The notes under the pieces were generated by a model. The model made no database searches. It worked only from the letters and a program-made list of their open reading frames with translations, and was not told where the DNA came from. Source: Candidatus Bacteroides merdigallinarum (GTDB taxonomy: Bacteria; Bacteroidota; Bacteroidia; Bacteroidales; Bacteroidaceae). From it: DNA of 64,000 nt. Positions 7,619 through 18,552 of this stretch are shown in pieces. The translations under genes were made by a program, and so were the position numbers. The stretch is from the NCBI GenBank assembly GCA_019116285.1, contig DXBX01000002.1, positions 4,417 to 68,416 of the forward strand, in the 5' to 3' direction. Within the stretch, counting starts at the first letter, position 1. Every line of letters begins with the position of its first letter.

Positions 7619-10066
7619 TTATTGCAGCGAAATGGTATAGGCAGCTACCGGCAAATCACCCGAACGAACCGTCAGCGTGGCTTGTCCGGCCTCGCCCGTG
7701 CTCTGCAGGAGAATCTGCGCCAAGCCGTTGAACGCTTTCACGCGGTAGTCTCGGGCATCGGGTTCGGTGGGGCGCTCGGTATCACGATAGGCGGGGTCGC
7801 CATTGCCCACACCCAGGATGCGCACAGGACCACTGACGCTGAAGGTCAGTTCATCGCAGGCGGTAGGCACCATGCGCTTCTTCTTATCCTGCATCTCTAC
7901 ACGGAAAACAGCCACATCCTGTCCGTCGGCTTTGTAAGCGGAACGATCCGGCGTGAGGACCATACGGGCGGGAGCACCGGTGGTCTCGACTTTCTCCGTC
8001 AGGATGCGTTTGCCGTTCTTATAGCCCACAGCCTTGACCGAACCGGGCTGATAGACAGCCTTCCAGGCGAGATGGCCGTTCTTGGGCATAGCCTTGCGGC
8101 CCAGGTTCTTGCCATTAACCGTCAGCTGCACTTCGTCGCAATTGCTGTACACCCAGACGTCAATGCTGTCGCCTTCATGACCTTGCAGATTCCAATGAGG
8201 CAGGATATGCAGGACAGGCTCGTCCGTCCACCAGGACTTCAGGTAGTAGGCCTCATCCTTGGGGAAGCCGCAATAGTCCAGGATGCCGAACTGGGAGCCC
8301 GTAGCGGGGAACTTCATGGGATTGGGCTCGCCGCGGTAGTCGAAGCCCGTCCAATAGAACAGGCCGGCGAGGTAGGGACGTTCGTCGTAGAACTTCCAGC
8401 CGCGCTCGATGCAGTTCAGCAGACTGTCCTTGCCGTTGGGGCGGCGGTTGTGAGCCACCATACGGCCGGTGCCCGGCTGGTCGAAATAGATGCCGCGCGT
8501 GCCGCAGCCCGAAGTTTCCTCCGAACCGAGGGCACAACGTTCGGGATAGTCCTTGCGATGCTGTTCCACGGGATTCTGCAGAATGTAGTTGTAGCCGGCC
8601 ACATCGGCAGGAACCAGGATAGTGGGACCACTGCTGCTGGCCACGGTCATCAGACGGGTCGGGTCGATGCGGTGGCAATACTCGCGCATAGTGGCGGCAA
8701 TGCGGGTGCCGGTCTCCTTCCACTCGATGCCCCACTCTTCGTTGCCCACACTCCAGAGGATGATGGAGGGATGGTTGCGGTCGCGGCGGATCATACGCTC
8801 CAGGAGGTCGATATGCTCGGTGTTGACGCCTGTCAGACGGTTCTCTTCGATGACGAGGATACCCAGGCTGTCGCAAGCATCCAGCATCTCCGGCGTCATG
8901 GGATTGTGCGAAGCGCGGTAGGCGTTGCAGCCGAACTTCTTCAGTTGCTTCAAGCGATAGACCTGCAAGGCATCGGGGATACCACTGCCCACGCCGGCAT
9001 GGTCCTGGTGCATATTGACGCCTTTCAGCTGGACGTGTTGTCCGTTGAGGAAGAAGCCACGGTCGGGGTCGAAGGCGATGTGGCGGATGCCGAAGGGGGT
9101 TTGGTAGCTGTCCACCACTTGGCCGCCTTGCAGCACCTCGGTACACATATTATATATATAAGGTGTATCCACCGACCAAAGGCGAGGATTTGACACGGTC
9201 AATGTCTCGCAAAGCGTGCGGCTATCTTTCGGCAAGAGACCCGTCACGGCAGAGCCGCTTGCCAAGGTGGCTACGATGTTGCCTTCCTTGTCCTTCAGCG
9301 TGTGGCGCAGGGAGTAATCGGCAGGCTTCAGCCCGTCGTTCTTCACCGTGGTCTCAATGGTCAGCACGGCGGTATCGAAAGTGTTTGTGTCAGGGAAATC
9401 AGCATGGATAAAGGTACCGAAGGGTGCCACGTGCACCTGCGCGGTCTTGTTCAGCCAGACATGGCGGTAGATGCCGGCTCCCTCGTAGAACCAGCCTTCC
9501 TCCAGGGTGGCATCGGCACGGACGCACACCAGATTGTCGGCACCGTAGTTCAGGTATTCGGTGATGTCATACACCTGCGTGGCATAGCCGCTGGGCTCAC
9601 TGCCCAGGTAGAAGCCGTTGACCCACACCCGGGCATCACGGAAGATACCGTCGAATTGCAGGTAGATATGCTTGCCGAAATCCTCCTGCGGCACGGTGAA
9701 GGTCTTACGATACCAGCCGACGCTGGTCTCGGGATACTTATAACCGACGGTCTTGTAGCCGTGGCTATGGCTGGCCTCGCCGGCAAAGGGGAGATCCACC
9801 ACCCAGTCGTGAGGCAGGTCGACCGTTTTCCAGGACGAAGCGTCGAATTTCTCCGAATAAGGTCCGGCGTTGTGGATGGATGCCGCCTTGGTCAGGTAAT
9901 TAAAGTACTCGGTCCCACACCCATAGTCTTTCTCCGGTGAGGACGCATTGCCTAATGCGAACTGCCAGTCCTTGTCCATGAGGACGCGTTCGCGTTGCGA
10001 TTGGGCAGAAAGTGCCGTAGCCAAGCCCAAGAACATCGCAACTGCCAAGATGAAATGTTTGTTCAT
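7619..10066 (-). CDS. GH2 glycoside hydrolase (beta-galactosidase/beta-glycosidase), secreted
   Basis: Signal peptide. Motifs LPHDW, GIYRHVWL, YRASHNP, RDRNHPSIILWSVGNEE and WTGFDYRGEP. Confidence 0.92.
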   Translation of the reverse strand: MNKHFILAVAMFLGLATALSAQSQRERVLMDKDWQFALGNASSPEKDYGCGTEYFNYLTKAASIHNAGPYSEKFDASSWKTVDLPHDWVVDLPFAGEASHSHGYKTVGYKYPETSVGWYRKTFTVPQEDFGKHIYLQFDGIFRDARVWVNGFYLGSEPSGYATQVYDITEYLNYGADNLVCVRADATLEEGWFYEGAGIYRHVWLNKTAQVHVAPFGTFIHADFPDTNTFDTAVLTIETTVKNDGLKPADYSLRHTLKDKEGNIVATLASGSAVTGLLPKDSRTLCETLTVSNPRLWSVDTPYIYNMCTEVLQGGQVVDSYQTPFGIRHIAFDPDRGFFLNGQHVQLKGVNMHQDHAGVGSGIPDALQVYRLKQLKKFGCNAYRASHNPMTPEMLDACDSLGILVIEENRLTGVNTEHIDLLERMIRRDRNHPSIILWSVGNEEWGIEWKETGTRIAATMREYCHRIDPTRLMTVASSSGPTILVPADVAGYNYILQNPVEQHRKDYPERCALGSEETSGCGTRGIYFDQPGTGRMVAHNRRPNGKDSLLNCIERGWKFYDERPYLAGLFYWTGFDYRGEPNPMKFPATGSQFGILDYCGFPKDEAYYLKSWWTDEPVLHILPHWNLQGHEGDSIDVWVYSNCDEVQLTVNGKNLGRKAMPKNGHLAWKAVYQPGSVKAVGYKNGKRILTEKVETTGAPARMVLTPDRSAYKADGQDVAVFRVEMQDKKKRMVPTACDELTFSVSGPVRILGVGNGDPAYRDTERPTEPDARDYRVKAFNGLAQILLQSTGEAGQATLTVRSGDLPVAAYTISLQ

Positions 10067-10092
10067 GTGTCAGGTATAAAATATTCGGAGGG

Positions 10093-10157
10093 CAAAGATA
10101 GCCCCTTACGGGATTGCTAAGTTGTACTATTTTATCCGATGCTTACACTAATTTATC
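10093..10157 (-). promoter_or_regulatory. GH2 promoter with tandem operator
   Basis: CAAAGATA (TATCTTTG) at 10093-10100. ACTATTTTATC at 10126-10136 and ACTAATTTATC at 10147-10157. Confidence 0.75.
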
Positions 10158-10298
10158 ATCGGGCGTTCGAAGTGCCGAAAAAGAGACAAGCGACATGCGG
10201 ATTTCTCGGTAAAAGTCCCTATTTTTGGAGCGTGTCGCCACTGGGCGGCCGGATATTATCTACAACGTATTTTTAAAACCTCATAAAACACCCAACGT

Positions 10299-12773
10299 AT
10301 GCAAGACAAAAAGTATGGTTATTTTGACGACGCGCACCGCGAATACGTCATCACCGACCCGCAAACGCCTTGGCCCTGGATCAACTACCTGGGCAATGAA
10401 GACTTTTTCTCCCTGATATCCAACACGGCCGGAGGCTACAGCTTCTACAAGGATGCCAAGTTCCGCCGTATCACGCGCTACCGCTATAACGGCGTGCCGA
10501 TGGACAACGGCGGACGCTACTTCTACATCAAGGACGGCGACACGGTATGGTCGCCCGGCTGGAAACCTTGTAAGACGCCGCTGGATCGCTACGAGTGCCG
10601 CCACGGCATGAGCTATACGCGCATCACCGGCGCCAAGAACGGCGTGGAAGCCAGCGTACTGTTCTTCGTACCCCTGAAGACATGGGCCGAGGTGCAGAAG
10701 CTGACCTTGCGCAACGAGAGCGACACGGTGAAGCACCTGAAGCTGTTCTCCTTCGCCGAATGGTGTCTGTGGAATGCCGCCACGGACATGGAGAACTTCC
10801 AACGCAACTTCTCCACGGGCGAGGTGGAGGTGGAAGGTTCCGTCATCTACCACAAGACGGAATACAAAGAACGCCGCAACCACTATGCCTATTATAGCGT
10901 GAATGCGCCCATCAACGGCTTTGACACGGACCGCGAGAGCTTCATCGGCCTCTACAACGAGTTTGCCGACCCGCAGAATGTATTGGCCGGACGCCCCACC
11001 AACAGCATCGCCCACGGCTGGAGCCCCATCGCCTCCCATTATATTGAAATAGAACTGGCACCGGGCGAGAGCAAAGATCTCATCTTCCTGCTGGGCTACG
11101 TAGAGAACCCGCAAGACGAGAAGTTCGAGGCAGCCAATCCTGCCGTCCTGCAAAGCACGCCCAGCTGCGCCCTGGTGAACAAGACGCGCGCCAAGGCTAC
11201 CATTGCCGCCCTGGACACGGCGGAGAAGGCGGACGCCGCCTTTGCCGAACTGAAGACTTACTGGGACGACCTGCTGGCCAACTACGTGCTGGAGAGTGGC
11301 GACGAGAAACTGGACCGCATGGTGAACATCTGGAACCAGTACCAGTGCATGATTACGTTCAACATGTCCCGCTCGGCCTCGTTCTTCGAGAGCGGCATCG
11401 GCCGTGGCATGGGCTTCCGCGACTCCAACCAGGACCTCGTGGGCTTCGTGCACCAGATACCGGGACGTGCCCGCGAACGCATCATCGACATTGCCTCCAC
11501 GCAGTTCCCCGACGGTGGCTGCTACCATCAATACCAACCCCTGACGAAGCGCGGCAACAATGATATCGGCGGCGGATTCAACGACGACCCGATGTGGCTT
11601 ATCTTTGGCACGGTGGCTTACATCAAGGAAACCGGCGACTTCGGCATCCTGGACGAACCGGTGCCCTACGACAACCAGCCGGGTTCGGAAGTATCGCTCT
11701 TCGAACATCTGCGCGTGTCCTTCAACCATGTGGTAGAGAACCTCGGCCCGCACAAGCTGCCCCTCATCGGCCGCGCCGACTGGAACGACTGTCTGAACCT
11801 GAACTGCTTCTCGTGGGATCCGAACGAATCGTTCCAGACCACGGAGAACAAGACGGAAGGCTCGAAGGCGGAATCACTGATGATTGCCGGTCTGTTCGTG
11901 GTGTGCGGACGTGACTACGTGCAGTTGTGCCGCGAACTGGGCAAGACGGAAGAGGCCGACCGCGCCCAAGCCTGCGTGGACGAGATGGTGGAAGCCGTGA
12001 AGCAACATGGTTGGGACGGCGACTGGTACCTGCGTGCCTACGATTTCTTCGGCAACAAGGTGGGTTCGAAGGAAAACGAGGAAGGACAGATCTTCATCGA
12101 ATCGCAAGGCTGGTGCACCATGGCGGGCATCGGATTGCAAGAAGGACTGGTGAAGAAGGCGCTGGACTCCGTGAAGGAGCGTCTGGACTGCGAGCACGGC
12201 ATCGTGCTGAACAACCCGCCCTTCACCCGCTACGTGGTGGAATATGGCGAAATATCCACCTACCCTGCCGGCTACAAGGAGAATGCAGGCATCTTCTGCC
12301 ACAACAACCCGTGGGTCATCATCGGTGAGACGGTGCTGGGCCGCGGCGACCAGGCATGGGAGTACTACCGCAAGATATGCCCCTCTTACATCGAGGAAAT
12401 CCACAGCACCCTGCACAAGGTGGAGCCCTATGTATACTCGCAGATGATTGCCGGAAAGGACGCCGCCCGTCCCGGTGAAGGCAAAAACAGTTGGCTGACC
12501 GGCACGGCGGCTTGGAACTGGTATGCCATCACGCAGTTCATCCTGGGTATCAAGCCCGGCTACGAAGGACTGGAGATTGACCCGTGCATCCCCGCCGACT
12601 GGAAGGAATTCCGCATCCGCCGCAAGTTCCGTGGCGCCGAGTATGACATCCACATCAGCAACCCGGACGGCGTATGCAAAGGTATCCGCAGCCTGACAGT
12701 GGACGGCGTGCCCGTACAGGGTAACGTGGTACCTGCCACGCCCGGCAAGCATATAGTGGAGGCTCGTCTATGA
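10299..12773 (+). CDS. GH94 cellobiose phosphorylase
   Basis: Motifs [55 protein letters not shown] and [10 protein letters not shown]. No signal peptide. Confidence 0.93.
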   Translation: MQDKKYGYFDDAHREYVITDPQTPWPWINYLGNEDFFSLISNTAGGYSFYKDAKFRRITRYRYNGVPMDNGGRYFYIKDGDTVWSPGWKPCKTPLDRYECRHGMSYTRITGAKNGVEASVLFFVPLKTWAEVQKLTLRNESDTVKHLKLFSFAEWCLWNAATDMENFQRNFSTGEVEVEGSVIYHKTEYKERRNHYAYYSVNAPINGFDTDRESFIGLYNEFADPQNVLAGRPTNSIAHGWSPIASHYIEIELAPGESKDLIFLLGYVENPQDEKFEAANPAVLQSTPSCALVNKTRAKATIAALDTAEKADAAFAELKTYWDDLLANYVLESGDEKLDRMVNIWNQYQCMITFNMSRSASFFESGIGRGMGFRDSNQDLVGFVHQIPGRARERIIDIASTQFPDGGCYHQYQPLTKRGNNDIGGGFNDDPMWLIFGTVAYIKETGDFGILDEPVPYDNQPGSEVSLFEHLRVSFNHVVENLGPHKLPLIGRADWNDCLNLNCFSWDPNESFQTTENKTEGSKAESLMIAGLFVVCGRDYVQLCRELGKTEEADRAQACVDEMVEAVKQHGWDGDWYLRAYDFFGNKVGSKENEEGQIFIESQGWCTMAGIGLQEGLVKKALDSVKERLDCEHGIVLNNPPFTRYVVEYGEISTYPAGYKENAGIFCHNNPWVIIGETVLGRGDQAWEYYRKICPSYIEEIHSTLHKVEPYVYSQMIAGKDAARPGEGKNSWLTGTAAWNWYAITQFILGIKPGYEGLEIDPCIPADWKEFRIRRKFRGAEYDIHISNPDGVCKGIRSLTVDGVPVQGNVVPATPGKHIVEARL

Positions 12774-13774
12774 TTCCCCCTATCTATTCCCCCGCTCCGG
12801 ACCGCTACGACAACGGCATGAAATACCGCCGTTGCGGGCGGAGCGGGATTCTATTGCCTGAGATTTCCCTGGGGCTGTGGCACAACTTCGGCGATGTCAA
12901 CACCTTAGCCAATTCGCAGGCCATGGCACACTATGCCTTCGACCACGGCATCACGCACTTCGACCTGGCCAATAACTACGGGCCTTCTTACGGCTCGGCA
13001 GAGGAGACCTTCGGGCAACTTATGAAGAAGTCGTTTGCCCCCTACCGCGACGAACTGTTCATCTCCAGCAAGGCGGGTTACGACATGTGGCCCGGCCCTT
13101 ACGGCAACTGGGGTTCGCGAAAGTACTTGATGAGCAGCCTGGACCAAAGTCTGAAGCGCATGAACCTGGAGTATGTGGACTTGTTCTACACCCACCGCTA
13201 CGACCCCAACACGCCTTTGGAGGAAACGCTCCAGGCACTGGTGGACATCGTGCGACAAGGCAAGGCTCTCTACGTGGGTATCTCCCGCTATCCGAAAGAG
13301 GCGGCCAAGTTCGCCTACCGCTACCTGGAGGAACGCGACGTGCACTGCCTGCTCTACCAAGGCAAATATAACCTCCTGAACCGGGAACCGGAAGAGGAAG
13401 GCATCTTGCGACAGGCACAGAAGAACGGGACAGGCTTCATCGCCTTCTCCCCCTTGGCGCAAGGCCTGCTGACCAACCGCTACCTGAACGGTATCCCCGC
13501 CGACTCGCGCATGGCCCAAGGTGGCTCACTGAAGGAGAATGCCCTCACCCCTGCCCTGCTGGAAAAGCTGAAAGCCCTGGACCAACTGGCCCAACAACGC
13601 GGACAGACCTTGGCCGAAATGGCCTTGGCCTGGGTGCTGAAGGACGAACTGGTGACCTCCGTCATCATCGGCGCCAGCAGTGTGAAGCAACTGGAAGACA
13701 ACCTGAAGGCCATCGGGAACACGCAGTTCTCGGAAGAGGAGCTGAAGGAGATGGAGGGAATTATTACTAAATAA
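12770..13774 (+). CDS. Aldo/keto reductase (MgrA/YghZ-like)
   Basis: Motifs [30 protein letters not shown] and [15 protein letters not shown] overlap with the GH94 gene. Confidence 0.9.
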   Translation: MIPPIYSPAPDRYDNGMKYRRCGRSGILLPEISLGLWHNFGDVNTLANSQAMAHYAFDHGITHFDLANNYGPSYGSAEETFGQLMKKSFAPYRDELFISSKAGYDMWPGPYGNWGSRKYLMSSLDQSLKRMNLEYVDLFYTHRYDPNTPLEETLQALVDIVRQGKALYVGISRYPKEAAKFAYRYLEERDVHCLLYQGKYNLLNREPEEEGILRQAQKNGTGFIAFSPLAQGLLTNRYLNGIPADSRMAQGGSLKENALTPALLEKLKALDQLAQQRGQTLAEMALAWVLKDELVTSVIIGASSVKQLEDNLKAIGNTQFSEEELKEMEGIITK

Positions 13775-13794
13775 GAATTTATAATCCAACAAAC

Positions 13795-15828
13795 ATGAAG
13801 AACAAACTCTTTATCCACTGCCTGGCTGGGTTATGCGCCCTGATGGTGCCGGGCATGGGCGGACTGTCCGCCCAAGACTATCGACTGGCTTCGCCGGACG
13901 GCAAGCTGAGTATTGCCATCTACACGGAGGACGACCTGCAATGGGCCATCCAGCATGACGGGACCACCGTACTGCTGCCCTCGTCCATCGCCCTGCAAGG
14001 ACGGGACGAGCAGTCGCCTCAGAAAGCCGTCACATTCGGCAAGGACGTGAAAGTGAGCAAGGCGTCGCGCCAATCCGTGGAATCTTCCTTCGCTACGCCG
14101 TTCTACAAGAAGGCTGAAGTGAAGGACGTGTACAATGAACTGACCCTGAAATGCCGGGGCGGATACAGCGTACAGTTCCGTGCCTATGATGATGGGGCGG
14201 CCTACCGCTTCATCTCCGACGTGCGCAAACCGTTCCAAGTGACCGCCGAAACGGCTGACTTCAACTTCGACCAAGACTACAAGGCGTTCATCCCCTACGT
14301 GAACGACAACCGCAACGGCGAACGCTACTGCTTCTCCTTCGAAGCGTACTACGACGAGGTGAAGCTGTCGCAGATGTTCCCCGACTCCCTGGCCATCTCC
14401 CCGCTGATGGTGGACCTGGGCAACGGCAAGAAAGCCGTCATCATGGAAGGCGGCCTGGAGAACTATCCCGGCCTGTTCCTCCTGCAAAACAAGGAGACCA
14501 AGCAAGGCGTGCAGGCAGCCTTCGCCCCCATCCCCACCGAAACCTTCATCGGCGGACACAACCGGCTGAACCTGATTCCCTCGAAACGGGCAGACTACAT
14601 CGCCCGCATTGACGGACGGCGGACGCTGCCTTGGCGTGCCGTGCTGGTGACCACCCGGGACACACAGTTGGCTGACAACGACATGGCCCAACGCCTGGCT
14701 CCTGCCTGCCGCATCGAGGACACGTCGTGGATCCGTCCGGGCAAGGTGGCTTGGGACTGGTGGAACACGTGCAACCTGACGGGCGTGGACTTCAAGGCGG
14801 GCATGAACACCCCGACCTACAAGGCCTACATCGACTTTGCCGCCCAACACAAGCTGGAGTACATCATCATCGACGACGGCTGGAGCGGACTGGAATCGCT
14901 GACGGAAGACCTGAACCCGGATATCGACCTGAAGGAACTGGTGGCATATGGCAACCAGAAGGGCGTGGGCATCATCCTGTGGTCGTCGTGGCGCAACGCC
15001 ATCAAGGACCTGGAAGGCAACTTCGCCCACTACGCCAAGCTGGGCATCAAGGGCTTCAAGGTGGACTTCTTCGACCGCAATGACCAGATTGTCCTGCAAT
15101 CCGTGGAAGAGATGGCCGCCTGCGCCGCCCGCCATCACCTGCTGCTGGACCTGCACGGTCTGAAGCCGTTCGGTATCCAGCGCGCTTATCCCAACGTGGT
15201 GAACTTCGAAGGTGTCAAGGGTCTGGAGAACGCCAAGTGGGAACCCATCGTCAACGGAGTACCCTTGCATGACTTCCCGCGCTACGATGTGACGGCTCCC
15301 TACCTGCGCCAGTTGGCCGGACCGATGGACTACACGCCCGGCACGATGGTGAACGCCACCCGCGCCACCTTCCGCGCCATCAACGACCACCCGATGAGCC
15401 AAGGCACCCGCGTACACCAGATGGCCATGTACACCGTCTTCGAGGCACCGCTCCAGATGCTGGCCGACAGCCCCTCGAAGTATGCCAAGGAACCGGAATG
15501 CACGGACTTCATCGCCCAAGTGCCCACCACCTTCGACGAAACGGTGGCCTTGGACGGACAGGTGGGCGAATACATCATCCTGGCCCGCCGCAAAGGCAAC
15601 ACATGGTTCATCGGCGCGATGACAGACTGGACACCGCGTGACCTGACCATCGACCTCTCCTTCCTGCCGACGGGCAGCCACAAGGCGGTCATCTTCAGCG
15701 ACGGCGTGAATGCCGACCGCGAGGCCACGGACTGGAAGCAAGAGACACGTCAGGTATCGTCCACGGACAAGCTGAAGGTACACCTGGCACCCGGCGGTGG
15801 CTGGACGGCAAGGGTAGTATGTGACTAA
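13795..15828 (+). CDS. GH97 glycoside hydrolase, probably a retaining-type alpha-galactosidase
   Basis: Signal peptide. Motifs GKVAWDWW, IIDDGW, GFKVDF (Asp-nucleophile subgroup), EGVKGLE and GPMDYTPG. Confidence 0.88.
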   Translation: MKNKLFIHCLAGLCALMVPGMGGLSAQDYRLASPDGKLSIAIYTEDDLQWAIQHDGTTVLLPSSIALQGRDEQSPQKAVTFGKDVKVSKASRQSVESSFATPFYKKAEVKDVYNELTLKCRGGYSVQFRAYDDGAAYRFISDVRKPFQVTAETADFNFDQDYKAFIPYVNDNRNGERYCFSFEAYYDEVKLSQMFPDSLAISPLMVDLGNGKKAVIMEGGLENYPGLFLLQNKETKQGVQAAFAPIPTETFIGGHNRLNLIPSKRADYIARIDGRRTLPWRAVLVTTRDTQLADNDMAQRLAPACRIEDTSWIRPGKVAWDWWNTCNLTGVDFKAGMNTPTYKAYIDFAAQHKLEYIIIDDGWSGLESLTEDLNPDIDLKELVAYGNQKGVGIILWSSWRNAIKDLEGNFAHYAKLGIKGFKVDFFDRNDQIVLQSVEEMAACAARHHLLLDLHGLKPFGIQRAYPNVVNFEGVKGLENAKWEPIVNGVPLHDFPRYDVTAPYLRQLAGPMDYTPGTMVNATRATFRAINDHPMSQGTRVHQMAMYTVFEAPLQMLADSPSKYAKEPECTDFIAQVPTTFDETVALDGQVGEYIILARRKGNTWFIGAMTDWTPRDLTIDLSFLPTGSHKAVIFSDGVNADREATDWKQETRQVSSTDKLKVHLAPGGGWTARVVCD

Positions 15829-16925
15829 TCCCAGTCTTCAAACTCCAAAGACAGTTGTTCCCACACCCCGCGAGGAGCGTCATCCTCCTCATGGGGATTG
15901 GAAACGGAAAGCCCGATAAGGCGTATAGGACGCTCGGCGTAATCCACTTCCTGCAGCAGTTGCTTGGCCAGGGGGAGGATGACGTCGAGCGTCGTCAGTT
16001 CGTGGGCCTGCGTCAGGCTGCGGGTGATTTGCTTGAAGTCATGGAACTTAATCTTTAGGGTCAGCGTATTACCCCGAAAGTCGGGATGGCGGCCAAGCCG
16101 CTGCACCAATTCAACAGCGACATGATACAGCTCGATGATGACACTGGAACGCTGGGAAATATCCCGGTCCAACGTGCGCTCACAGCCGATGGACTTGCGG
16201 ATTCGGATGGCCTCGACAGGCCGGAGGTCGATGCCGCGGGCAAAGTCATAGTAGACTGTCCCTACCTTGCCGAACTCGCGGATCAGGAAGTCCCGGGTAC
16301 AGGCACGCAGCTGTGCCCCGTTGTGGATGCCGAGGGTGTGCATCCGCTTGGCGGTGACGGGACCTACTCCCCAGAAGCTCTCGATGGGCAAGCTGGCGAT
16401 GAAGTCCAACGCCTGGTCGGGATGGATGGTGCAGAGGCCGTCGGGCTTGCGGTAGTCCGAGGCAATCTTGGCCAGGAACTTGTTGTAGGACACACCGGCA
16501 GAGGCCACCAGATGGAGGCGTTCGCGAATCTTCCGCTTGATTTCCTTGGCGATGTCCACGGCGAGGGCAATACCCAGCTTGTTCTCCGTGACGTCGAGGA
16601 AAGCCTCATCCAGCGAGATAGGCTCGATGATGTCCGTATATTCATGGAAAATCTCGTGAATCTGGCGGGACACTTCCTTGTAGACCTCCATCCGTCCGTG
16701 GACGAAGATAAGTTGCGGACAGAGCCGCTTGGCCTTCTGCGACGACATGGCAGAGCGTACCCCGAAACGGCGCGCCTCATAGCTGGCGGCGGCCACCACA
16801 CCCCGCTCTTCGGCATGGCCCACGGCGATGGGCTTGCCGCGCAACTCGGGATTGTCCCGCTGCTCGACGGAGGCATAGAAAGCGTCCATGTCGATGTGGA
16901 TGATTTTGCGGTCGAAGGAAGCCAC
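15825..16925 (-). CDS. dinB: DNA polymerase IV
   Basis: Motifs RKIIHIDMDAFYASVE, SYEARRFGVRSAM, SLDEAFLDVT and KIASDYRKPDG. Confidence 0.96.
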   Translation of the reverse strand: MASFDRKIIHIDMDAFYASVEQRDNPELRGKPIAVGHAEERGVVAAASYEARRFGVRSAMSSQKAKRLCPQLIFVHGRMEVYKEVSRQIHEIFHEYTDIIEPISLDEAFLDVTENKLGIALAVDIAKEIKRKIRERLHLVASAGVSYNKFLAKIASDYRKPDGLCTIHPDQALDFIASLPIESFWGVGPVTAKRMHTLGIHNGAQLRACTRDFLIREFGKVGTVYYDFARGIDLRPVEAIRIRKSIGCERTLDRDISQRSSVIIELYHVAVELVQRLGRHPDFRGNTLTLKIKFHDFKQITRSLTQAHELTTLDVILPLAKQLLQEVDYAERPIRLIGLSVSNPHEEDDAPRGVWEQLSLEFEDWD

Positions 16926-16929
16926 GTCT

Positions 16930-18273
16930 CTATCTCCTCACTTGTCTAATCTTCTTATACACATAAATGAACGCCGGAATCAGGAACGCATCGGCAAATA
17001 TCCACGCCGTGGAGTCGCCGAAGCAGACGGCGATGTAGCCCCACACGGGCACGGCAATGACGCTGACCAGGATGCGCGCCACCATCTCGGACACGCCGGA
17101 GAGCATGGCCAGATTGGTGAAGCCGGCTCCCTGAATGGTGTAGCGCAGGATGCAGAGCAGTCCCAGCACGGGGAAGAACGTGACGGACACGTGCAGGAAG
17201 AGCGCGGTGTCTTTCAGTATCTCCGCTTCTGAGGCATCCACGAAGAGCAAGGCCACCGTCTCCGAGCCGAACATCAGCACGCAGAAGGTGAACACCCAGT
17301 AGGCCAACGCCATCAGCGAAGCCGACTTGACGCCTTGCAGGATGCGTTCGGGACGACCCGCCCCGTAGTTCTGACCGGCAAAGGTAGCCATGGCAATGCC
17401 CAGGCTCTCGAAGGGACACATGAAGAACATCTTGATGCGCATCGCCGCGGTGAAGGCAGCTACGCAGGCGGTGCCCAAGGCGTTGTTGGCACTCTGCAGC
17501 ATGATGCTGCCTATCGCGGTGATGGAGAACTGCAAGCCCATGGGCACGCCGATGTTCAGCAGGATGCGGGCGATGGGCCAGGAGAAGCGCCGCTCGGCGG
17601 GCGTGGTGCGCAAGATGTCGAAACGGCGCATCATGTAGACGTAGCACAGCACGGCGGACAGTCCTTGCGAGAAGACCGTGGCAATGGCGGCACCTGCCAC
17701 GCCCCAACCTAATGTAATGATGGTGAAGAGGTCGAGCACGATGTTGAGCACGGCGGAGAACAGCAGAAACCAGAAGGGCGTCTTGCTGTCGCCCAGCGCG
17801 CGGATGATGCTGGACAGCAGATTATAAAAGAAGGTGCAGGGGATGCCCAGGAAGGTGATGAGCAGGTAGATGTACGCGCCGTCAAAGATGTTGTCCGGCG
17901 TGCGCATCAGGCGCAGGATGTCGTCGCACAGGATGCCCGTGACCACCGCCAGGATGAGTGACATCGCCGCAGCCAGCTGCAGGCTGACCACCACGCAACG
18001 GCGCATCGTGGCATAGTCCCGCGCGCCGAACTTCTGCGCCACGGGGATGCCGAAACCGCCACAACAGCCGTTGCAGAAGCCCAGGATGAGGAACACCACC
18101 GACGAACTGGCCCCCACGGCGGCCAGCGAATCGATGCCCAGAAACCGCCCGACTATGGCGGCGTCCACCAATGAATACGTCTGTTGCAACAAGTTGCCCA
18201 TCAGCAAGGGCAAGGTGAAGTAGAAGAGTTGCGGGAATATCCGTCCCGCAGTCATTTCCTTAACGGCTGCCAT
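16930..18273 (-). CDS. MATE family efflux transporter
   Basis: About 12 hydrophobic segments. Motifs LQQTYSLVDAAIVG, RALGDSKTP, NIVLDLF and GQNYGAG. Confidence 0.92.
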   Translation of the reverse strand: MAAVKEMTAGRIFPQLFYFTLPLLMGNLLQQTYSLVDAAIVGRFLGIDSLAAVGASSSVVFLILGFCNGCCGGFGIPVAQKFGARDYATMRRCVVVSLQLAAAMSLILAVVTGILCDDILRLMRTPDNIFDGAYIYLLITFLGIPCTFFYNLLSSIIRALGDSKTPFWFLLFSAVLNIVLDLFTIITLGWGVAGAAIATVFSQGLSAVLCYVYMMRRFDILRTTPAERRFSWPIARILLNIGVPMGLQFSITAIGSIMLQSANNALGTACVAAFTAAMRIKMFFMCPFESLGIAMATFAGQNYGAGRPERILQGVKSASLMALAYWVFTFCVLMFGSETVALLFVDASEAEILKDTALFLHVSVTFFPVLGLLCILRYTIQGAGFTNLAMLSGVSEMVARILVSVIAVPVWGYIAVCFGDSTAWIFADAFLIPAFIYVYKKIRQVRR

Positions 18274-18349
18274 ACGTTGTTATCCTCCTTTTTACAAACC
18301 AGCTAAATGCGGCGCAAAAGTAAGAAAAAAGCCGGAGATAAAAACGCAC

Positions 18350-18546
18350 AAAGCCGCCGGAAAAAGTTCTCAAGTCCGTCGGAAAAGTTCTCAAGGCCGC
18401 AAGAAAACTCTATTTCCAGGCTGGAAATGTACATTTTCAACCTAGAAATATACATTTCCAGCCTAGAAACGTACATTTCTAGGCTGGAAATGAAGTTTTG
18501 TCCTTACCTTGACAAGTTTTTATAAGGACTTCGGGAAAGATTTCCC
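18350..18546. repeat. Dispersed palindromic-array element, copy 1 (4 x ATTTCCAGnCTGGAAAT, 21-bp period)
   Basis: Core units start at 18412, 18433, 18454 and 18475. The left flank GGAAAAGTTCTCAAG also repeats at 21 bp. Outer limits are approximate. Confidence 0.9.
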
Positions 18547-18552
18547 GTACCT

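Noticed and set aside
13831-15783. 650-aa minus-strand ORF (likewise 7622-9193, 10281-11753 and 43493-44860)
   Set aside because: Antisense shadows of GH97, GH2, GH94 and asnS.
18412-18491. Palindromic arrays (also at 28807, 35798 and 61178) as CRISPR arrays
   Set aside because: Linkers are only 4-5 nt, there are no unique spacers and no cas genes are in the window.
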